A stretch of 32,000 nucleotides of DNA from Deltaproteobacteria bacterium (GTDB taxonomy: Bacteria; Desulfobacterota; BSN033; UBA1163), in the NCBI GenBank assembly GCA_016875195.1, contig VGRY01000036.1, forward strand, positions 8,889 through 40,888, written 5' to 3'. The number at the start of each line of letters is the position of its first letter. Position 1 is the first letter of the stretch. The position numbers and the translations under genes were made by a program. Under the pieces are notes generated by a model that worked only from the letters and a program-made list of their open reading frames with translations, was not told the DNA's origin and ran no database searches. Shown here piece by piece: positions 23,608 through 30,713 of this stretch.

Positions 23608-23791
23608 TCCCCTCACCCTTTCCCTCTCCCCTTAGGCTGTGTCGTAATGTCATTGCAAGGGAGTGAAACGACCGAAGCAATCTCATAACGTATTGATAAT
23701 CCTGAGATTGCCACGCTCCCTCCGGTCGCTCGCAATGACGAAAAGGGGATTGTGACACAGCCTCCATGGGGAGAGGGTGGGGTGAAGGGGA
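23608..23791. repeat. approx 185-bp nested long palindrome
   Basis: Outer arms TTCCCCTCACCCTTTCCCTCTCCCCTTAGGCTGTGTC / GACACAGCCTCCATGGGGAGAGGGTGGGGTGAAGGGGA. Inner arms GTCATTGCAAGGGAGTGAAACGACCGAAGCAATCTCA / TGAGATTGCCACGCTCCCTCCGGTCGCTCGCAATGAC. Confidence 0.85.
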
Positions 23792-23805
23792 TGGGAGGAT
23801 TATTC

Positions 23806-25875
23806 ATGCAACAGCTTTTTTATCCGAAATCGGTAGTGGTGATCGGCGTTTCTGATAGGCCGGATAACCTTGCGAGAAATATTGTTGAAAACCTCTTCGA
23901 ATTTAAATTCGATGGCGAAATCTTCTTTCTGGGAAGGAAAGACAGTGTCCTTTTCGGACGAAGAATCCTCACCTCCGTCGATCAACTTCCCGATGGCATT
24001 GATGTGGCCGTGATCCTCACCCCTGCTCAAACTGTGCCTGACCTGATCGAGGCCTGTGGTCGTAAGAGGATCTCCTGGGCCATCATCGAAACCGGGGGCT
24101 TCAGGGAATATTCGGAGGAAGGGGCAGAGCTTGAGAGAACCGTCCATCAGACGGCAAAGAAATGGGGAATCCGGGTCGTGGGGCCAAATGGCATCGGAAT
24201 CACCAATGTCCATAATGGCTTTGTCGTTCCTTTTGTCAAGATGAGAAGAGGACCAGTGATAAAAGGAAAATTTTCCCTTCTGGCCCAAAGCGGTGGTGTT
24301 CTTCTCACGTATGCAAACCTCATGATTAGCGCCAATGTCGGGCTTTCTAAGATCGTGAGCATGGGAAACAAATTAGACCTCAATGAGGTCGATTATCTGA
24401 AGTATCTCATCGAAGATTCTCAGACCGAGATCATCGGCCTCTATCTCGAAAGCCTCGAGCGGGGAAAAGAGTTGATGGAGATTGCCCGATCCACATCCAA
24501 ACCGATCATCATCCACAAAGCCAACACCGGAGAAGGAAGCCGCCAAATTGCAAAGCTTCACACCGCAGCACTGGCCAATGATGACAGTGTGGTGGATGCC
24601 GCCCTGAAACAGGCTGACATCATCCGCGCAAAGGATTTCCGGTCCTTTGTAAACGCAGTTAAGATTCTCTCTTTGCCACCCTGCAAAGGGAAAAACCTGG
24701 TGATCATTTCTCGCTCCGGAGGAATTGGAGTGGTGGCCGCTGATTCGGCGGAACGGCATGGATTCCGTCTTCTCCCTCCAGATCCAAAACTTCAGGAACA
24801 GTTTCATAGCCTTTTCCGGGCAAAGGTGATCCAGCCCACCAACCCGCTCGATCTTGGAGATCTCTTCAATTTCGACCTCTACACCAATATTCTCGAACAA
24901 GCTTTAAGATTTCCGGTGGTCCATTCAATCCTTTTTATGCACGGTGCCACAGCAGAGGAAAAAGAACCTTCCCGCAAGTTCGTCCAGGCTGTAAAAGACC
25001 TCTCTTTCCGTTATCAGAAACCGGTTGCCCTCCAATACAACACCGATGAGGAAGAACTGGCTTATATCAAGAGAACAATTGACTTCCCCATCTTCACAGA
25101 ACCTGAGGACGCCTTAACCGCCCTCGCCATCTCAAGTGACCACTACCGAAGACTGACAACATCGAGGGAAGAACCTCTTTTTTATCCCGTTGATAAGAGT
25201 CGCGTTTCTATGATTTTTCAAAAAGCAATCGAGGACAAAAGGGATCCATTCCTTCCGGAAGCCATAGAAATACTTCAAGCATACGGCATTCCCGTTGCCG
25301 ACTATCAGGTGGTTTATAGAAAGGATGATTTGAAACAGGCCCTCGGGAAAATAGGATTTCCGATGGCAATGAAAGTCATCTCTTCGGAGATCTCTCACAA
25401 ATCAGATGTGGGAGGAGTGATGCTCCATATCGACTCCCTGAAAAAAGCGGAAGAAGCCTATGATAGAATGATGAACCTGTCTCCGGGGAATAAAACAGGT
25501 GTGTTCCTTCAAAAGATGATTTTCAATGGAAAGGAAATCATCCTGGGAGCGAAACGGGATCCCTCTTTTGGACCGGTTGTTCTTTTCGGCCTGGGGGGAA
25601 TCTATGTGGAGGTGCTGAAGGAAAGTTCCCTGCGGGTGGCTCCTATCAATCGCTCAGAAGCAGCGGAGATGATCTCTGAATTGAAAGGAGCCAGCATCCT
25701 CAAGGGAGTGCGGGGAGAACGACCATCAGACATCGACGCAATTGTGGAGATGCTTCTCAGGCTCTCTCAGTTGATGGTCGATTTCCCTGAAATCGGGGGG
25801 ATTGATATTAACCCGGTGATAGCCCTTGAAAAAGGAGCTATCGCAGTGGATGTACGCATCCTTTTGACCGAGTAG
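23806..25875 (+). CDS. ADP-forming acetyl-CoA synthetase (acetate--CoA ligase, fused alpha/beta)
   Basis: Start moved to ATG 23806 (RBS GGGAGGA); the upstream 18 codons are palindrome-encoded. CoA-binding N-terminus (KSVVVIGVS), succinyl-CoA-synthetase-like middle, C-terminal ATP-grasp (ISHKSDVGGV). Confidence 0.85.
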   Translation: MQQLFYPKSVVVIGVSDRPDNLARNIVENLFEFKFDGEIFFLGRKDSVLFGRRILTSVDQLPDGIDVAVILTPAQTVPDLIEACGRKRISWAIIETGGFREYSEEGAELERTVHQTAKKWGIRVVGPNGIGITNVHNGFVVPFVKMRRGPVIKGKFSLLAQSGGVLLTYANLMISANVGLSKIVSMGNKLDLNEVDYLKYLIEDSQTEIIGLYLESLERGKELMEIARSTSKPIIIHKANTGEGSRQIAKLHTAALANDDSVVDAALKQADIIRAKDFRSFVNAVKILSLPPCKGKNLVIISRSGGIGVVAADSAERHGFRLLPPDPKLQEQFHSLFRAKVIQPTNPLDLGDLFNFDLYTNILEQALRFPVVHSILFMHGATAEEKEPSRKFVQAVKDLSFRYQKPVALQYNTDEEELAYIKRTIDFPIFTEPEDALTALAISSDHYRRLTTSREEPLFYPVDKSRVSMIFQKAIEDKRDPFLPEAIEILQAYGIPVADYQVVYRKDDLKQALGKIGFPMAMKVISSEISHKSDVGGVMLHIDSLKKAEEAYDRMMNLSPGNKTGVFLQKMIFNGKEIILGAKRDPSFGPVVLFGLGGIYVEVLKESSLRVAPINRSEAAEMISELKGASILKGVRGERPSDIDAIVEMLLRLSQLMVDFPEIGGIDINPVIALEKGAIAVDVRILLTE

Positions 25876-25907
25876 GTCAAAAGGAAAATTCGAAACAAGG
25901 TTTGGTG

Positions 25908-26041
25908 GTTATCAGGATATCAGAATATCAGGAAGTGGATATCAGGCCATTCGGGCATCAGGTTAAAAATTTTTTATCTTATGTCTTCCTGATTATCCAG
26001 ATACCCTGATATCCTGCCCCCTGATACCCTGGTAACCTGAT
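25908..26041. repeat. approx 130-bp imperfect palindrome built of atcagg/cctgat oligomers
   Basis: ggttatcaggatatcagaatatcaggaagtggatatcagg ... cctgattatccagataccctgatatcctgccccctgataccctggtaacctga, around an A/T loop. Sits between convergent stops. Confidence 0.8.
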
Positions 26042-26044
26042 TCC

Positions 26045-26686
26045 CTAAATTCCCAACTGTTCTCCTACCAGAATCACCAACACATCGGTGCGCACTGGCT
26101 TTTTCGCCAGGGTGACATAGATATTGCAGATTCGTTCGGGTGATTTACAATCCGCACATACCCCTGTTTCAACGCAGGGGGTCTTCCGACCGAGCCGTTT
26201 TGCATTCTGGGGAGCAACCCATTCCTTAACCCGTTTCTCTGCGGCGTCTAAATCCTTAACGATCTTATTAACGCCAGTGACAATGATCGTCTTCCTGGGG
26301 CCGATGAACATCGCGCCCACCCGGTTGCCTGTAGCATCTACGTTAAATAACTTTCCATCTTCGGTTACTGCATTCGTGCCCGATAGAAAGACATCTGCCG
26401 AAAAAGATTTTCGTATCAGGTCAAAAATTTCACCCGGTGTTTTACCCTGGCGTATAGGCCAGATAAGCTGGATATTCCGACTTGCCAGCGCCTCCGGCAA
26501 TCCCGCCTGGATCAGAGTGACCGAACCTCCCACGCCAACGGTCGCTCCATCCGGTATCTGCTTCAGCACCTCTTCACAGGCGGCTTTGGAATCCGGGACA
26601 AAGACGGCCTCGAAGTTATTCTTCTTCAATGCATTGATCGTTCTCTCAACCTGTTTCTCCTGAAACCACTGCTGCCACTGCTCCAT
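26045..26686 (-). CDS. LUD-domain (DUF162, LutC/YkgG-like) protein
   Basis: Start moved to ATG 26686 (RBS AGGAGGAAAT). NFEAVFVPDSKAACEEVLKQIPDGATVGVGGSVT... and a C-terminal Cys cluster CVETGVCADC. Confidence 0.7.
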   Translation of the reverse strand: MEQWQQWFQEKQVERTINALKKNNFEAVFVPDSKAACEEVLKQIPDGATVGVGGSVTLIQAGLPEALASRNIQLIWPIRQGKTPGEIFDLIRKSFSADVFLSGTNAVTEDGKLFNVDATGNRVGAMFIGPRKTIIVTGVNKIVKDLDAAEKRVKEWVAPQNAKRLGRKTPCVETGVCADCKSPERICNIYVTLAKKPVRTDVLVILVGEQLGI

Positions 26687-26738
26687 ATCTATTTCCTCCT
26701 TTTTAGGTATTGTTCCGATAATTAGTGAATGATTCACC

Positions 26739-26764
26739 GGTAATCCCGCTTTTCGCGGGACCCT
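26739..26764. repeat. 26-nt hairpin motif GGTAATCCCGCTTTTCGCGGGACCCT, copy 1
   Basis: Stem TCCCGC/GCGGGA. Same motif with 1 mismatch at 28580-28605. Confidence 0.8.
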
Positions 26765-26816
26765 TATCATTAATAAATGGCTACGTTTATTCTATCTTAA
26801 TCTTTTATACGCAACC

Positions 26817-26869
26817 CTAACCCCCCCCCTCATCCCCCCTTATATTAAGGGGGGAATATAGGGGGGTTA
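26817..26869. repeat. C/G-run nested palindrome
   Basis: TAACCCCCCCCCTCATCCCCCCTTATATTAAGGGGGGAATATAGGGGGGTTA. Confidence 0.75.
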
Positions 26870-27100
26870 TCGATTTTCTTGGTTTGATGGTGACTCCCCA
26901 CCCATGAGGAATTGTAATAAGAAACGTATTTATATTTCTAAACCGATTATTGATTTAAGTCAATGATTCGTCATAATATGGATGATATATTAAAGGATAG
27001 AGGAAACCGCCTTTCAGCCATCCATTCTTTTACTGGATGGACAACTTTCGGATCGAATGTTACGATAAAATATAGGGAATTTTTTAAAGGGAGGCGCCTG

Positions 27101-27316
27101 ATGGCTGAATATCAAAAGGATGAAAAGGTCGCTTTCAACGGGAAAAAGGTGGAGATTTTAGGCTCTACTTTTGAGGAAGGAAAACCCGAAACTCCGATGA
27201 ACTGGAGGGGAAAAATGAGAAGCCGGGAAGAGATGCTCGCCTATCTCAAGACCGGGGAACGTTACTGGTTCAGTGACGAATGGTTTGGAAGTGAAAAAAG
27301 GAAAACAAAGGCCTAG
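27101..27316 (+). CDS. 71-aa hypothetical protein upstream of the CODH/ACS genes
   Basis: Start moved to ATG 27101 (RBS AAGGGAGG). MAEYQKDEKVAFNGKKVEILG... No family recognised. Confidence 0.45.
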   Translation: MAEYQKDEKVAFNGKKVEILGSTFEEGKPETPMNWRGKMRSREEMLAYLKTGERYWFSDEWFGSEKRKTKA

Positions 27317-27335
27317 TCCGGCACAGCCGGAACTA

Positions 27336-27494
27336 AGCTCGAATTTCGAATATCGGGCGAAGCGTCCTCTTAGGACCAATCCGAAACAAATTCGAATTTT
27401 CAAAACTTATGTTCTATAAACTATTTTTTTTGGAATATTTTAAAATTTGGACATTTGAGATTGTTTCGAATTTCGGATTTCGTGCTTCGGATTT
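27336..27494. repeat. approx 160-bp imperfect palindromic element (cgaaa/ttcgaa arms), copy 2
   Basis: The reverse complement of the right arm (tccgaagcacgaaatccgaaattcgaaacaatctcaaatg) aligns with the left arm of 8435-8577. The left arm shares a 22-nt exact match (cgaaacaaattcgaattttcaa) with the reverse complement of copy 1's right arm. Confidence 0.85.
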
Positions 27495-27574
27495 AGATCA
27501 AAGTATAACGACGATCTTTTTTGCGGAAGATTTTTTTATAAAGGATTAGGCACGATAAAACGGAGGTAAACCCC

Positions 27575-28522
27575 ATGCCATTCGAGATGCCCGAGATTAA
27601 CTATACGGGGATGATCAAAGAGGTCACCCTTGGAAATGGACCAAAAGCAGTGACCATTGGAGGAGGAACCTCCTATCCCTTTTATCTCTTCGAGGGAGAG
27701 ATGCCTCATCCTCCCCGAATCGCCATGGAGGTTTATGACACTCCTCCTGAAGACTGGCCGGAGACCGCCCTTGAACCCTTCAAGGATGTGGTCAATGATC
27801 CAGTGGCCTGGGCGAAGAAATGTATTGATACCTACGGCGCAGAACTGATCACCCTCCAACTTGTCAGCACCGATCCGAACGGTCTGAACCGGTCTGCGGA
27901 AGAGGCCGCGGCAACTGTTAAAAAAGTGGCTACTTCGATCAATGTCCCTTTGATCGTATGGGGAAGCTCAAATGCCGAAAAGGATGGAGAAGTCCTTCGA
28001 AAGGTCGCTGAGGTATGTGATGGGTTGAACCTTATTATCGGCCCCGTAGTTGAAAGCAATTACAAGCAGGTCGGTGCAGGAGCAATCGGATACAAACATG
28101 CTGCCATCGCCTCTTCTCCCATCGACATCAACCTTGCTAAACAGCTCAATATCCTCCTCGGAAATTTGGGAATTCCTGACGGCCAGATCGTTGTTGACCC
28201 GACCACAGGTGGATTGGGATATGGAATCGAATATACCTATTCCGTCATGGAAAGGGACAGGATGGCTGCCCTCACCCAGCAGGACGAGAGGCTCCAGTTC
28301 CCCATCATCTGCAATTTGGCGAAAGAGGTATGGAAGACGAAGGAGGCAAAGGCATCGGCTGAGGAGGCCCCTTCTTTAGGTGATCCCCAAAAGAGGGGCA
28401 TCCTGATGGAAGCCATCACAGCCACTATGCTTCTCCTGGCAGGGGCGGATGTTTTGGTGATGAGACATCCCGACGCGATAAAACTGGTCCGGGAGATGAT
28501 TTCAGATTTGAAAAGAAAGTAA
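27575..28522 (+). CDS. acsD: corrinoid iron-sulfur protein small subunit (acetyl-CoA decarbonylase/synthase delta)
   Basis: 315 aa. TIM-barrel type AcsD/CdhD pattern (VTLGNG...TIGG, PLIVWGS, DPTTGGLGYGIEYTYSVMER). Confidence 0.85.
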   Translation: MPFEMPEINYTGMIKEVTLGNGPKAVTIGGGTSYPFYLFEGEMPHPPRIAMEVYDTPPEDWPETALEPFKDVVNDPVAWAKKCIDTYGAELITLQLVSTDPNGLNRSAEEAAATVKKVATSINVPLIVWGSSNAEKDGEVLRKVAEVCDGLNLIIGPVVESNYKQVGAGAIGYKHAAIASSPIDINLAKQLNILLGNLGIPDGQIVVDPTTGGLGYGIEYTYSVMERDRMAALTQQDERLQFPIICNLAKEVWKTKEAKASAEEAPSLGDPQKRGILMEAITATMLLLAGADVLVMRHPDAIKLVREMISDLKRK

Positions 28523-28544
28523 GTTATCGGTTTTTAATAAACAT

Positions 28545-28640
28545 TTAAAATCCCTCCCCGCCTCCCTTTGCCAAAGGGAGGTAATCCCGCATTTCGCGGG
28601 ACCCTCTTTTGACAAAGGGGGATAAAGGGGGATTAGAGTG
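28545..28640. repeat. cluster of G/C-rich hairpins including copy 2 of the 26-nt motif
   Basis: CCTCCCTTTGCCAAAGGGAGG; GGTAATCCCGCATTTCGCGGGACCCT (28580-28605); CCCTCTTTTGACAAAGGGGG. Outer arms AATCCCTCCCC / GGGGATAAAGGGGGATT. Confidence 0.8.
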
Positions 28641-28655
28641 AACTAGGAGGAATTC

Positions 28656-30608
28656 ATGTCTGATATAGAAAAGAAGAGTATTGATCCGGCGACGATTCAT
28701 ATGCTGAAAAAGGCACAGGCGGATGGTTGTGAAACCATTTTTGACAGGGCCGATGCCATGAAACCCTGCCCCATCGGAGCAGAAGGAAGCTGCTGCAAAA
28801 ACTGTGTGATGGGACCCTGTCGTGTTCCCAAAAAGAAGGGGGACGAAAAGGCCAAGAGAGTCGGGCTCTGTGGCGCTACTGCAGAAACGATCTCTGCCCG
28901 TAACTTTGCGCGGATGGTGGCCGCGGGGACAGCCGCTCACTCCGACCACGCACGAGGGGTGACGGAACTGTTTTTATCCACAGCCAAAGGCAAGGTTCCG
29001 GGGTTCGAAATCAAGGACGAGCAGAAACTCTACCAACTGGCCATGGACCTCGGGGTTGAGATCGGAAATCGATCTGTTAAGGAGGTTGCCATTGATGTGG
29101 GTCAGAAGGCTCTATCTGAATTCGGGAGACAGGATGGTGAAATCCTCCTTGCAAAGCGAGCCCCCCTCAAAAGGCAGCAGATCTGGAGAAACTTAGGGAT
29201 TACTCCACGGGGGATCGATCGGGAAGTGGTGGAACTCCTCCATCGAACCTGCATGGGAGTCGATCAGGAATATCAGGACCTTCTCTATTCCGCGGCCAGG
29301 TGTGCTCTGGCTGATGGATGGGGAGGCTCCATGATCTCCACCGAGCTCCAGGACGTTCTTTTCGGAACCCCTGTTCCTGTCTATGGGAAGATCAACCTCG
29401 GCGTACTTAAAAAGGATGAAGTAAATCTGGTCATCCACGGACACGAACCTGTTCTACCTGAGGTCATTGCCACCGTAATACACGACCCCCAGATTCAGAA
29501 GGCTGCCCAAGCCGTGGGCGCAAAAGGGATCAATCTCACGGGAATGTGCTGCTCCGCCAATGAGGTCTTGATGCGCCATGGAATTCCAGTGGGAGGAAAT
29601 TTCCTGCAGCAGGAATTGGCCATTGTCACCGGCGTCGTCGATGCTATGGTGGTTGATGTCCAGTGCGAAATGCAGTCGTTAGCGCAGGTGGCTAAATGTT
29701 ATCACACCAAATTGATCACCACTTCCCCAAGGGCCAAGATTGAAGGAGCTGTTCATATCGAATTCGATGAACACCGCGCTCCCGATATAGCTAAGAGGAT
29801 TATTCTGGAGGCCGTCGAGAACTTTAAGAATCGCAAACCGAATGTGGACATCCCTTCCGAGACAACCGATACGGTCGTGGGATTCAGCCATGAGACGATC
29901 AATTACCTTTTGGGTGGTATGTTCCGTGCCTCTTACCGGCCCCTCAACGACAATATCATCAACGGTCGGATTCGCGGGATTGCGGGTGTGGTTGGCTGCA
30001 ACAACGCCCGCGTCACTCACGACGATCCCAACTTCACCCTTATCAAGGAGCTGATCAAAAACGATGTGATCTGTCTGGTCACTGGTTGCAGTGCCATGTC
30101 CGCAGGCAAAGGCGGTCTCCTTACGCCGGAGGCTGCAAGGCAATATGCCGGAGACGGTCTGGCTTCAGTCTGTGAGGCGGTCGGTCTCCCACCCGTTCTT
30201 CACATGGGCGCCTGCGTGGACAACAGCCGGATCCTGATGGCAGCCACTGCCGTAGTAAAAGACGGAGGCCTGGGAGATGATATCAGCGACCTTCCTGCAG
30301 CCGGGGCCGCACTCGAGTGGATGAGCGAGAAGGCGCTTGCCATTGGCCACTATTTCGTCGCCTCAGGCGTCTTCACCGTATTCGGTGTGACCTGGCCAAC
30401 CTCAGGAAGCGATGTGGTGACGAAACATCTCTTCGAAGAATTTGAAAACAGTGTAAAAGGGAAATGGGGGTTTGAACCCGATCCTGTAAAAGCCGCAAAA
30501 TTGATGATCGAGCACATTGACAAAAAGCGTAAAGCCCTTGGCATTGACAAGGCCAGAGATCGGGTCCTCTTCGATATGGCCAAACGAAGAGAACTGGATG
30601 CCGCATAA
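28656..30608 (+). CDS. cooS: anaerobic Ni-Fe carbon monoxide dehydrogenase catalytic subunit
   Basis: 650 aa. N-terminal D/B-cluster cysteines (KPCPIGAEGSCCKNCVMGPCRV, GLCGA). C-cluster region (HGHEP, GMCCSANE, VGCNN, GCSAM, MGACVDN). Confidence 0.93.
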   Translation: MSDIEKKSIDPATIHMLKKAQADGCETIFDRADAMKPCPIGAEGSCCKNCVMGPCRVPKKKGDEKAKRVGLCGATAETISARNFARMVAAGTAAHSDHARGVTELFLSTAKGKVPGFEIKDEQKLYQLAMDLGVEIGNRSVKEVAIDVGQKALSEFGRQDGEILLAKRAPLKRQQIWRNLGITPRGIDREVVELLHRTCMGVDQEYQDLLYSAARCALADGWGGSMISTELQDVLFGTPVPVYGKINLGVLKKDEVNLVIHGHEPVLPEVIATVIHDPQIQKAAQAVGAKGINLTGMCCSANEVLMRHGIPVGGNFLQQELAIVTGVVDAMVVDVQCEMQSLAQVAKCYHTKLITTSPRAKIEGAVHIEFDEHRAPDIAKRIILEAVENFKNRKPNVDIPSETTDTVVGFSHETINYLLGGMFRASYRPLNDNIINGRIRGIAGVVGCNNARVTHDDPNFTLIKELIKNDVICLVTGCSAMSAGKGGLLTPEAARQYAGDGLASVCEAVGLPPVLHMGACVDNSRILMAATAVVKDGGLGDDISDLPAAGAALEWMSEKALAIGHYFVASGVFTVFGVTWPTSGSDVVTKHLFEEFENSVKGKWGFEPDPVKAAKLMIEHIDKKRKALGIDKARDRVLFDMAKRRELDAA

Positions 30609-30619
30609 AACATAAAAAA

Positions 30620-30692
30620 CGTGACCGTTTTCCGTGACCGTGACCGTTAATAAATTTTTGTATACGGACACGTGACACGAGACACGGACACG
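30620..30692. repeat. imperfect palindrome of gtgaccg/cggacac oligomers
   Basis: cgtgaccgttttccgtgaccgtgaccg, then an A/T loop, then cggacacgtgacacgagacacggacacg. Confidence 0.75.
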
Positions 30693-30713
30693 ATCATTAT
30701 AGGGAGGTTATCC

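Noticed and set aside
23752-23805. N-terminal extension of the acetyl-CoA synthetase ORF
   Set aside because: It is encoded by the G-rich arm of the 185-bp palindrome. A good RBS precedes the internal ATG at 23806, where CoA-binding-domain similarity begins.
24373-24900. 175-aa minus-strand ORF (also 23800-24288 and 24147-24383)
   Set aside because: They are shadow ORFs inside the ADP-forming acetyl-CoA synthetase gene.
8435-30692. Repeated palindromes as a CRISPR array
   Set aside because: There are no regularly spaced identical direct repeats and no spacer periodicity. The elements are single inverted repeats in separate intergenic gaps, and no cas genes are present.
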